Assembly: GCA_028826165.1 (NCBI GenBank)
Contig: JAPDFW010000147.1
Coordinates: 496,001 to 560,000, forward strand
DNA length: 64,000 nt
Source: Anaeramoeba ignava BMAN
Lineage: Eukaryota > Protista > Anaeramoebae
Direction of reading: 5' to 3'
This document shows, piece after piece, positions 23,396 to 35,533 of the stretch. The position numbers were made by a program, and so were the translations under genes. The first letter of the stretch is position 1. Each line of letters opens with the position of its first letter. A model generated the notes under the pieces. It searched no databases and was not told where the DNA came from. It saw only the letters and a list, made by a program, of their open reading frames with translations.

Positions 23396-25801
23396 TTAAC
23401 CTCAGCAACCAGTTTTTTTAGGGTCTTTCCCAGATCTTTTTGTAACATCCAAGTTTGTGAAATTTTCAGCACAAGTAGGATGAATACCAAGAGTTGAATC
23501 AAGTTGAGATTTTGTGATACCGCATTTCATTGAAGCGGCGAAACCCTGAATAATTTCACCAGCATTTGGACCGAAATAATGGATCCCGAGAATTTTCTCA
23601 TTTTCCAATTTATTGCAAATGACTTTTATGTAGCATTCGTTTTCAGCGAAATGGGGAAGAGCGAACTCCAAGGGCGTAAAATATGAGTGATAAACTTCGA
23701 TATTTTCAAGTTTGTAAGTTGAAATTGCTTCTTCTTCAGATAAACCAGCAGATCCATATTCAAGTGGAGTAAAAACAGCTGTTGGAATTAAAGAGTAATC
23801 AGTCTTTTGTGTGGAGTCACCATACAGTCTAAATGCAAGTAATTTTCCTTGCGAAATTGCAAATGGTGTGAGTTCGGGACTTCCACTTGAAACATCTCCA
23901 ATTGCGTAAATATTTTTCACACTTGATTGACAATTTTTTTGCGCTATTTTTCCTTCTTTATCAAGTGCGATTCCTATTTTTTCTAAGTTCATTCTTTGTG
24001 TTTGAGCTCTTCGACCGATTGCAGATAAAACAGTGTCGAATTCTGCTTGTTTTTCTTGTCCGTTTTCGATATTTTGGAAACTGACAAGATATTTTGAATT
24101 ATTATTGTTTTGGATTTTCTTGATTTCTTTTAAAACGCTTTTGTGAAGAAATGCAACGCCTTTTCGTGCTAAATTGTTTTGGATCATTTTGGCCATTTGT
24201 TGATCAAATTTTCTTAGTACTTTTGACCGAACCATTACTGAGGTGTCGAATCCTAATCCGGATAATACTCCTGCTGCTTCTAATCCTATATATGCTGCTC
24301 CTAATATTAATGTTTTTCCTGGTGGTGTTGGTAATGAAAATAAATCGTTGCTTGTAATGCAATGTTCTCCTCCTGGTACTTGTGGAATAATAGGTGTTCC
24401 TTTTCATTTTTGAATTAAATTTGAATATTAAATATTGAATAAATTTAAATATTAAATGGATTTGAATATTAAATGGATTTAAATATTAAATATTAAATAT
24501 TAAATATTAAATATTAAATATTAAATATTAATTATTAAATATTAAATAAATATAAATATTAAATATTAAATGAATTTAAATATTAAATATTAAATATTAA
24601 ATATTAAATAATAAATATTAAATAAATATTAAATATTAAATATTAAATAAATATTAAATATTAAATGAATTTAAATATTAAATATTAAATATTGAATATT
24701 AAATAAATTTGAATATTAAATATTAAATATTAAATATTAAATAAATATTAAATATTAAATATTAAAAATAAATAAATATTAAATATTAAATAAAAATAAA
24801 TATTAAATATTTAAATAATAAAATATTAAATGTTGAATGAATTTAAATATTAAATATTAAATATTAAATAAATTTAAATATTGAATATTAAATAAATATT
24901 AAATATTAAATAAATATTAAATGAATTTAAATATTAAATATTAAATAAATATTAAATATTAAATAAATTTGAATATTAAATAAATATTAAATATTAAATA
25001 TCAAATATTAAATAAATATTAAATATTAAATATTAAATATTAAATAAATATAAATATTAAATGAATTTAAATATTAAATATTAAATATTAATTAAATTTA
25101 AATATTAAATATTAAATATTAATTAAATTTAAATATTAAATAATAAATATTAAATATTAAATATTAAATAAATATTAAATATTAAATAAATTTGAATGTT
25201 AAATGGATTTAAATCAATAAGTACCACCAGTAGCAATAACAATATTTTCAGCAGTAATTAATTTAACATCATCTGAACCTTTGCGAACCAATTCAATTTC
25301 ATGTTCAGATTTGAGTCTTGCAAAGAAATTTAGGTAATCAATACCTTTTTGCCTAAGCTTAACTTTATAACCCCAATTCAAAGAACGAATATAACTTTGA
25401 ACATTATTAATCATTAAATTCCAATTATGTTTAGCGTTAATTGGATCAACATCCCATCCATAGAACGTTGAAAAATGGAGATTTTCTCGTGATTGCGCAG
25501 CAGCATGAAGAAGCTTCTTGGGGATACATCCAACGTTTGGGCAGGCTCCCCCTATTCCCCATTTAGATCCCCTTAAAGTTGGTTCAACATAATCCATAAG
25601 TGCTACTTTTGCCCCTAATTCTGCTGCCTTTTGGGAGACTGATAACCCCCCTGAACCTCCGCCTATAACTGCTAAATCATATTGATATCCCCCCTTCTTC
25701 TCGCTAATCTTTCGAAAAATCTTCTTCGTTATTTCTGTTCCTAATTGCTTTTTTATTTCTGTTTTCTTTGTTAATGTCAAATGTTTTCCTGTTAAAAGCA
25801 T
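23396..25801 (-). CDS. TXNRD: Selenocysteine-containing high-Mr thioredoxin reductase (526 aa, C-terminal GCUG) with N-terminal presequence; exons 25801-25225 and 24399-23396
   Basis: FAD-binding YDLAVIGGGSGG, redox motif GGACPNVGCIPKK, NADPH motif ILGAAYIGLE, interface GIHPTCAE. The end reads ACT GGT TGC TGA GGT TAA (TGA at 23404-23402). GT-AG intron 25224-24400. Confidence 0.95.
24420..25200. repeat. (AAATATT)n microsatellite filling the TrxR intron
   Basis: Direct observation. Confidence 0.9.
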
Positions 25802-26049
25802 CTTGTTTTTTGTTTTTTGTTTTTTGTTTTTTGTTTTTCTCTCGTGTTTTTTTGTTTTTGGTTAATTTATATTTTTTAAATTGTTTTAACTGTTTTGTTT
25901 TAACTGTTTTTGTTTTTGTTTTTGTTTTTGTTTTTGTTTTTGTTTTTGTTTTTGTTTTTGTTTTTGTTTTTGGAATGAACAAGAAAAAAAATGAAAAAAA
26001 AAATTGTGAAAAAATTTTTTTTGATGATTAATCAATTCTCAAAAAAAAA

Positions 26050-26925
26050 TCTTTATTTAATCAATTTATCCAATAATATTTAATTAATTTATTCCTAAAT
26101 AATATTTAATTAATTTATTTCTAAAAATATTTAACCAATTTATTCCTAAATATTTAATTAATTTATTTCTAAGTAATATTTAATTAATTTCTAAATAATA
26201 TTTAATTAATTTATTTCTAAATAATATTTAATTAATTTATTTCTAAATAATATTTAATCAATTCTCAAAAAATCTTTATTTAATCAATTTGTTAATAATA
26301 TTTAATTAATTTATTCCAAAATAATATTTAATTTATTTAATTAATTTATTCTAAATATTTAATTAATTTATTTCAAATAATATTTAATTAATTTATTTCT
26401 AAATAATATTTAATTAATTTATTCTAAATATTTAATTAATTTATTTCTAAATATTTAATCAATTTATTTCTAAATAATATTTAATTAATTTATTCCAAAT
26501 AATATTTAATTTATTTTTAAATAATATTTAATTAATTTATTTCTAAATATTTAATTAATTTATTTTAAATAATATTTAATTAATTTATTCTAAATAATAT
26601 TTAATCAATTTATTTCTAAATAATATTTAATTAATTTATTTCTAAATAATATTTAATTAATTTATCCTAAATAATATTTAATTAATTTATTTTAAATAAT
26701 ATTTAATTAATTTATTTCTAAATATTTAATTAATTTATTCTAAATATTTAATTAATTTATTCCTAAATATTTAATTAATTTATTTCTAAATAATATTTAA
26801 TCAATTTATTTCAAAATATTTAATTAATTTATTTCTAAATAATATTTAATTAATTTATTTCCAAATAATATTTAATTAATTTATTCTAAATAATAATTAA
26901 TTAATTTCTAAATAATATTTAATTC
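26050..26925. repeat. About 23-26-bp AT-rich minisatellite (AATATTTAATTAATTTATTTCTAAAT-like)
   Basis: Dozens of degenerate tandem copies in the intergenic region. Confidence 0.85.
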
Positions 26926-26970
26926 TCTTTCAAATAATAAATTCTCTTTAAAATAATTTTTGTTTTGGTT

Positions 26971-29686
26971 TTATTTTCGTTTCTTTTGATTTTCTTCTAA
27001 AATTTCGCAAACTAAATCTTCCAAATTTTTTAAACTAACTTCATTATTAAATTTATATTCTTCTTTATTCCATCCAAATTTCAATATTAAAGTTTCTTGA
27101 AATTGAGTAATTTCTGGTAATCTCGTCAAAGAAAACAAAACTGAACAAATTTGAATAAATTCACTAACTTTCAAATTAATTTCATTTGGATTCATATTTT
27201 TAATCTCTTTTAAAAAATGAGACAAAGCAACTTCAAACGAATTTTGCAAATGAGTTTTTGTATTCAAAATATCTGGCTTTTTTTCATTTGAAAAATAACC
27301 GAAATTATCACCTTGAACTTGAATAGTTTTTTCAAGTTCTTCCAAATCAGGTAAAATTGAGATGATTTTAAAATCAGAGTCTGAATAATAACATTTTTGA
27401 GCAATTTCGGCAAGTTTTCCAATAACAATATTATCTTGATGCCGATCCAAAACTGTTTTCAAATATTCAAAAAATTCCAATTCATTTCCTGAGTCTTGAT
27501 TAAAATTACAAGTAAGTAATTCCCAAAGAATAATTGAAAAAAATTTTGCAACATGAGCTGGTAATGATTTTTGAGTGGAATTTTTGCCCGAAATATTTCC
27601 TGGTCTTAAACTAACTAAAACATCATCTAATATTGCAATTTTGGGGTTATTTTCATGATCCAAAAGAATTCTTGAGCTTGAAAACCCAAGAAAAGGACCG
27701 TCTAAATTTTTTTCAACAAAATCAAATCCATTTACAATTCCTTGACAAATTTTGATAATAAGTTTTAACGGAATTTCGTTTTTTTCTTCTTGGCTTTCCT
27801 GAATCAAGTCAGATATCATTTTATGGTTGGGATATGAACGATAAACAACAGATAGTCTGTGGTTATTTCCTTCACAAATATCGATAAAATAGCCAAGAAA
27901 CTCTGCAAAATTTGGATTTTGATTGAATATTGTGAGTTTTGTGATTTCACTCAAAAAAAGATGAGTTTTCAAAAAGAGTTCTCCTGCTTGGAAATGAATA
28001 AGAACAGGAGTTTTTTCTTTATAAAATCCTGTGTGGATTGTCTCAAAAAAATCGAGTGAATATCCAGTAATGATTTCTGTGTTGATATCAATCCAATAAT
28101 ATAAAATATCAATTTTCTCAATTATTGTTTTTGCTGTTTCATCCAAAATTATTTTCTTGTTTTTTAGAATTGGAAGAAGTTCTTGCAAGCAAGGCTCAAT
28201 ATTTTCAAATTCTGATTGAATGCATTCATAATCATCTTGATTTGCTCCATAAAGTAGAAGAAGTGTGAACATTCTTAGATTTCCTGAAATAATTGCTAAA
28301 TCTAATGGTGTTTGTGCATATTCTAAATCGTGAACATCGGGATTGTGGAATGTTGATAAAAGTAGTTTTACTAATTGATAATTTGATTCAGCAACTGCGT
28401 AATGTAATAAAGTATTTTTGAATTGATCATATCTGAAAGAGACATCAAATCCACTACAAAACAGAGATTGTATTTCATTGAAATAGTTACCATTTAAACA
28501 AATGGAAAAGAGTTTCTATATTTTTATAATTAAATATTTTTAATATTTATATATTTTTATATTTTTAATATTTTGAATATTTATATATTTATATTTTTAA
28601 TATTTATATATTTGAATATTTTGAATATTTTTAATATTTATATATTTTGAATATTTTTAATATTTATATTTTTAATATTTATATATTTTTAATATTTTGA
28701 ATATTTTGAATATTTTGAGTATTTTGAATATTTATATTTTGAATATTTATACATTTTGAATATTTTGAATATTTATATATTTTTAATATTTATATTTTGA
28801 ATATTTGTATTTTGAATATTTATATATTTATATATTTTTAATATTTATATATTTGAATATTGGATTCTATAATACTTGAACTTCATAATTATTTAAATCT
28901 TCAGGCTTTCTTGATTTTAAATTGCTTATCCATTCAATAACTTCTTCTCTTGTCACATTTTCATTAAGAATTTTTGTAGGAACATATTTTGGAAAAATTC
29001 CATGAGTATGATTTCTCAAAATATTTTTAACAAAAACAGAATTTGATAAATGATAAGGAGAATAACCAGAATTTGTTAATAAATAAGGATCAGAATTATA
29101 ATGAATAAGCATTTGAACATATTCAAAATTATTTAAAGTAGATGAAAAATGCAAAGGTGATTGTCCATTAAAAATCAAATTTGAATCAACTCCTCTTTCA
29201 AGAAGAACGTCTAAAAATTGTGTATTTGATGATTTAATTGCTCGAAAAATTTCTGGTGTTTCTCGATCAGAAAGATCAACTTCTGAGAATTCATCTTTGC
29301 TGTTTTTTTCATCGAAATCATAAATGGGTTTTTGGTTTTCTTTTGAATATTTTTCATTTTCATTTGAATTTTCAATTATAAAGTTTTCATTTGGATTTGG
29401 ATTTATTCTTTTAGGTCTTTCATATTCACTAGTAAATAATGATGGAGTTTGTCTATTTGTTTCCCATTTATTTGTTTCATACATTTCATAATAAAGATTG
29501 ATTGCTCTCTTTTATTTATAAATGGGATTTTTTAATTAATTTTTTTTTATTTTTCGATTTTTTGATTTTTTTATATTAAATTACTTCAAGATTCCAATTA
29601 CTTTGCTCAAGGACTTGTTGTGCACGTTTATCTGAATCTAAACTTGTTATCATTTTAAAATTTTCAATAAGTTCTTTTTGATCCAT
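26971..29686 (-). CDS. UBA-like + ankyrin repeat + pseudokinase protein; exons 29686-29585, 29508-28876, 28515-26971
   Basis: Exons 1-2 give MDQKELIENFKMITSLDSDKRAQQVLEQSNWNLE-RAINLYY (UBA-like). Ankyrin motifs GQSPLHF, GYSPYHL, NTLLHYAV and QTPLDLAI. Kinase-fold remnants FLSEI...NPNFAEFLGY, SSRILLD...KIAILDD and FSIILWELLT, with no HRD or DFG. Confidence 0.8.
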
Positions 29687-29764
29687 TTTTTTTGTAAAAG
29701 AAAAAAATGAAAAAATGAAAAAATGAAAAAAATGAAAAAAATTTATTCAATTTATTTTTATTTT

Positions 29765-30465
29765 AATTTTCAATTTAATTCAATTCAATTCAATTCAATT
29801 CAATTCAATATTCATTTCAATATTCAATTTAATATTCAATTCAATTCATTTCAATCCAATTCAATTCAATTCAATTCAATTCAATTCAATTCCAATTCAA
29901 TTTCAATTCAATTCAATATTCAATTCCAATTCAATTCAATTCAATTCAATTCCAATTCAATTTCAATTCAATTCAATATTCAATTCCAATTCAATTTCAA
30001 TTCAATTCAATATTCAATTCCAATTCAATATTCAATTCAAATCAATTCTAATTCAATTCCAATTCAAAATTCAATTCAATTCAATTTATAATTCAATTCA
30101 TTTCAATTCTATTCAATTCCATTCAATTCAATAATATTCAATTTCAAATATTCAATTCAATATTTAATTCAATTTAATTTAATATTCAATTCAAATTCAA
30201 TATTCAATTCAATTTCAATTCAAATCAATTTAATATTCAATTCAAATCAATTTAATTCAATCCAATTTGATTTTCAATTCAATATTCAATTCAATTTAAT
30301 TCAATTCAATATTCAATTCAATTCAATTCAATTCATTTTCAATATTCAATTTAATTTAATTCAATTCCAATTCAATTATAATTCAATTCAATTCAATTCA
30401 TTTCAATCCATTTCAATTTGATTTTCATTTTCATTTTCATTTTCATTTTCATTTTCATTTTCAAT
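29765..30465. repeat. Degenerate (AATTC)n microsatellite
   Basis: Direct observation. Confidence 0.85.
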
Positions 30466-30482
30466 TTAATTTCAAATAAAAG

Positions 30483-32367
30483 TTATTTTTTCTCTAAAAT
30501 AATCTTAACCATTCTATTGTTCACATCACCAGATAAGGAATAAGTCACATACATAACCCGACCATCTTCCTCAAACAACTCAGGATGAACATATGGACAA
30601 TAATACAAATAACTTGAACTCTTTTGAGAATAAACTAAATAAGGAGAACTAAAAGGACCCCACAAATTTTTAGCAGTTCTGATATAAATTGAATGAAACT
30701 TTCCAGGAACACCAACTTGAAAAAGAACATAGCGATTCAAGTAGTTGTTCCAGCAAGCACTTGTTTGACCAAATACACCAACAGCAATTGGAGGTGATAA
30801 TTGAGTTGACATTTTTGGATCGCGAGAGAATTTTGAATCTCCATAATAAAATTCATACGGTTGAGAAGGATCAGTTAGTTTATCTGCATGAATCCTTGCG
30901 AGATAGACTCCACTCATTGCAATAGTTGGACGTTGTATAAAATAAGCATAATAATAATTGTCTTGTGGATTAAAGAATAAAAAATCAGGAAGAATTGGAT
31001 AAGAAAAAGAGGCCTCAAGAATTCGAGTGAAATTAAATGAGCCAGCAGGTGCTGAATACATTCCATAAACATGTTTTTGCTTTGGCCACAATTGACCATC
31101 ATTTCGTGAAACAAAATCAACATAAACATAAGTTGTATCGTTAACTAATATTCCTCCATGAGGCCAAATAGCAAGTTCAGAACCTTTTTCTGTGGAATTT
31201 CTCAAGAAAATCTCTGATGCATGATCGGTGTTGCTAAGATAATAGTTGATTTGATAAGAATTATTACTATTTGTAATTATCATTCCAGTATTTGACAGAA
31301 AACCATTTTTGAGAATTGTATCGCAATAGAACCACATTGCAGAGGAATTGTCTAATGCAATAACTACATCAGTTCCTCCGTCTTGAGAAGTGATAGAAGC
31401 TTTCTCCCGCGCTTGCGTCAACTCACTCCAAAATTGATTTGATTCTGGTGTCACTTCTTCATAAGTGATTTTGTAGTTTGAAAGTGTTTCACGATCTTTT
31501 AGTGATAATCCAACCCCAATTCCAGAAATCAAAATAAGAATGATTAAAATCATGCAAATTATCGCAAAAGCTTTGTAATTGACAATCTTTGTTTTGGGTT
31601 TGTTTTGGTCATCTCGGATAAGTAATTTTTTTTCATCTTGGAAAAGATCAAATGGATCTTTTTTTGCTTTTCTTTTTCGAAAAATCCAATAACCGATTGA
31701 ATGAGCCAAAATTGTTCCCAAAAAATAAAGAAGCAAAATCAATAAACCCCAACCAACTCCAACACTATATTCAATGAAATAGGGTGGATTTCGACAAGTG
31801 AGAAAATAAGCAGCTGAAAAAACAATATAAGAAACAAAAAAGAAGAAAAGAAAAGGAATCAAAGTAATCCATTTTTTCATGCTTAAATAGCATTTCTTAA
31901 AAGGCAAAAAAAGAATCGAAAGAGGAAGAACATGCAAAACAAAATCATTCAAGATCATGAACCAAGTTTTCTTTATATGCTTGTTGATTATTGAAAATGG
32001 TGAATCAGTGAATTTTGCTGTTAAAGGAATAACAACTACCCAATATCCAACACAAATTGAAATTTGAATATTTCTAGTTGTCAAAATTAAATGATCCAAA
32101 AAGCGAGATAATTGAATTTTTTCTTTCAATTTTTTTTTTGTTTTGAAAATTGTTTCATTGAGGAAAATTAAAAGAAGACATAAAATATTGGTTAAATATG
32201 CCCATCCGCTAAATGATTCAAAAACTAATTTTATTGTAATTTCTCGTGAATATTTATTTGAAATTCCATAAATAATTGGACTTAAATGAATTAATAAAGC
32301 AATATAAAGCAATAATTCTTTAATAAAGCAATAATACAAAAAAAAGAAAAATAAAAAATTTTTGCAT
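30483..32367 (-). CDS. Multi-pass membrane protein (FAR-17a/AIG1-like N-terminus) fused to a DUF4185/DUF5005-like beta-propeller glycoside hydrolase domain
   Basis: N-terminal TM region with WAYLTN and LHVLP motifs. C-terminal SQDGG...WFYCDT, IWPHGG, VYLARI, WNNYLNRYVL, RTAKNLWGPFS and YCPYVHPEL...YVTYS. The likely ATG at 32367 needs a 1-nt correction in a T-run to join the ORF. No introns. Confidence 0.7.
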
Positions 32368-32530
32368 TTTAATAAAAGTAAATTATTTTAAAAAAATTTT
32401 TATTCTTAAAAACGTTTTGAAAAACTTTTTTTCTTCTTTTTATTTTTTTTTTTTTTTATTTTTTTTATTTTTTTTTTTTTTTTTTTATTCATCAAACAAA
32501 AAATACAAACAAAAAAGAAAAACAATTAAA

Positions 32531-34032
32531 ATGCATCCCCTTCTTATTTTCTCTCGTATTCTTGTTGTTTTTAGTACTATTTTTGTAAATTATTTTATTT
32601 CCTTTTTTTATTTTATTTTTTTTTTTTTATTCTTGTTGACGTTTTGATAATGAATCACTTTTTGTTCTTGTTTATTAATTTAATTTAATTTATATTATTT
32701 ATTTTAATTTATTTTAATTTATTTTTTATTTGTTTTTGCTTTTTTTTTTAAAATATCAAACAATAATAAATTGATTAAAAAAATAGATCAAAATTTAATA
32801 ATAAATTTAATAATAAATTAATAATAATTTAATAATCAATTTAATAATAAATTTAATAATAATTTTAATAATAAATTTAATAATAAAAAGAAGAATGAAA
32901 TTTAATAATAAATTTAATAATAAATTTAATAATAATTTTAATAATAAAATTAATAATAATTTTTTAATAATCAAATTAATAATAATTTTTGATAATAATT
33001 TTAATAATAAATTTAATAATAAATTTAATAATAATTTTAATAATAATTTTAATAATAAATTTAATAATAAATTTAATAATAAATTTAATAATAATTTTAA
33101 TAATAAATTTAATAATAAATTTTAATAATAAATTTAATAATAAATTGATTAAAAAAATTTAATCAAAATTTAATAATAAATTTAATTTAATAAAAATTTA
33201 ATAATCAAATGAAATTTAATTTTAATCAATTTAATAATAAATTTAATAATAATTTTAATAATTTTAATAATAATTTTAATAATTAATTTTAATAATTTTA
33301 ATAATAATTTAATAATAAATTTAATAACAATTTTTAATAATAATTTTAATAATAATTTTAATAATAAATTTAATAATAATTTAATAATAATTTTAATAAT
33401 AAATTTAATAATAATTTTAATAATAAATTTAATAATAATTTTAATAATATTTTTAATAATAAATTTAATAATAAATTTAATAATAATTTTAATAATATTT
33501 TTAATAATAATTTAATAATCAATTTAATAATAAATAATAGGCATTTTTAGGATGGGTTATTCCATGTTTATGGCAAGAAAATTACAAAGTTTATTCAGGA
33601 TATTCATATCGAACAAACATTATCTATTGTGGAAATTTCCAATGTACATGTTCAGGACCAGATTGCCCAACTGAACTAACAAAGTTTTCAGATTGGAAAA
33701 ACATAGATCTTGATGTAAGAAATGGATTAATTATAAGTATGATTTTAGGAGGAATTGGAATGATTCATATTTTTATTGCTGTTTCTCTTTTCTCAAAAAG
33801 ATCACCTTATGCTCAATATGCTTTTTCTGCTGGAGGTTTAGTAACTTTTATTGGATTAATGAGCTTTATTGGTCTTTTCCAAAAAAGTAGTTATTATGAT
33901 GCAATTATTGATCTTGATAAAGGAAATCCTTACTTTTCTTGGAGTTATTCTGCTTCAACTGCTTTCCAAATTCTTGTTTTTATTTTCGCTGTTTTTCTCC
34001 AAATCACAATTACAAAATTGAAACGGATTTAA
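32531..34032 (+). CDS. Claudin/PMP22-like four-TM protein, paralog A; exons 32531-32584 and 33541-34032
   Basis: MHPLLIFSRILVVFSTIF-AFLGWVIPCLW...CGNFQCTCSGPDC...; four hydrophobic helices; FSWSY before the last TM. Confidence 0.7.
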
Positions 34033-34795
34033 ATCATTTTCCTTTATTTTCTTCTCTTTATTCTTCTTCTTCTTTTTTTTTCTATTCTTTTTTTTCTATT
34101 CCTTTTTTCATTTTTTTCATTTTTCATTTTTCATTTTTTAATAAAAAGAAAAAAAAATAATTAAAATGCCTTCCCTTCTTATTTTATCTCGTATTCTTGC
34201 TGTTTCTAGTGTTATTTCTGTAATAATCAAGTTTATTTAATAATAATTTTAATAATAAATTTTAATAACAAATTTAATAATAAATTTAATAATAATTTTA
34301 ATAATAAATTTAATAATAATTTTAATAATAATTTTAATAATAATTTTAATAATAATTTTAATAATAAATTTAATAATAAATTTAATAATAAATTTAATAA
34401 TAATTTTAATAATAAATTTAATAATAATTTTAATAATAAATTTAATAATAAATTTAATAATAAATTAAATAATAATTTTAATAATAAATTTAATAATAAT
34501 TTAATAATAAATTTAATAATAATTTTAATAATAATTTTAATAATATTTTTAATAATTTAATAATAATTTTAATAATAAATTTTAATAATAAATTTAATAA
34601 TATTTTTAATAATAAATTTAGTAATAAATATAATAATAATTTTAATAATAATTTAATAATAATTTAATAATAATTTTAATAATAAATTTAATAATAAATT
34701 TAATAATAATTTTAATAATAATTTTAATAATAATTTAATAATAATTTTAATAATAATTTTAATAATAATTTTAATAATCAATTTAATATTAAATA
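32790..34795 (+). repeat. (AATAATTTT/AATAAATTT)n arrays filling the introns of both claudin-like paralogs (about 32790-33535 and 34240-34795)
   Basis: Direct observation. Confidence 0.85.
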
Positions 34796-35288
34796 ATAGG
34801 CATTTTTAGGATGGGTTATTCCATGTTTATGGAAAGAAAATTACACAGTTTATTCAGGATATTCAGATAAAAAAAATATTATTTATTGTGGAAATTTTGA
34901 ATGTTTATGTTTTGGATCAGATTGTAGAAAATATTTCATCAGAGGATTAATAAAATGGGGAGATATTGATCTTAATATAAGAAATGGATTACTTATAAAT
35001 ATAATTTTAGGAGGAATTGGAATGATTCATATTTTTGTTGCTACTTCTCTTTTCTTTAAAAAATCACATTATTCTCAAATTATCTTTCTTTTTGGAGGTT
35101 TATTAACTTTTATTGGATTAATAAGCTTTATTTTTCGGTTTAAAAAAAGTTATTATTATAAAGGAATGATGGATTTTGATCAAAAAAGTACAAAATTTTC
35201 TTGGAATTATTCCTTTTCAGTTATTTTTGAAATTTTTGTTTTGATTTCTTCAATTTTACTTCAAATCACAATTACAAAATTAGATTAA
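34166..35288 (+). CDS. Claudin/PMP22-like four-TM protein, paralog B; exons 34166-34219 and 34800-35288
   Basis: Tandem duplicate of paralog A with the same intron position and a nearly identical exon 2 start (GCATTTTTAGGATGGGTTATTCCATGTTTATGG). Confidence 0.7.
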
Positions 35289-35533
35289 TTTTAATTTAGA
35301 TCTTTTCTGTTTTCTTTTTATTTAATAATTATATTTTTCTCCTTTTATTATTTTTCTTCTTTTTTTTTTGTTAATAAAAATTTTTTTTTCATTTTTTTTC
35401 TTTTCTTTTCTTTTCTTTTAATTTAATTTAATCTACTTTTAATTTATAATTTCTTTTATTCTTAATATTAAAAAACCAAAAATAAAAACAAAAAACAAAA
35501 CTTCCCTTTTTTGAATGATTGAAAAATAAGAAA

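Noticed and set aside
26050-26925. CRISPR-like array
   Set aside because: Repeats are contiguous and degenerate with no unique spacers, there are no cas genes, and the context is eukaryotic.
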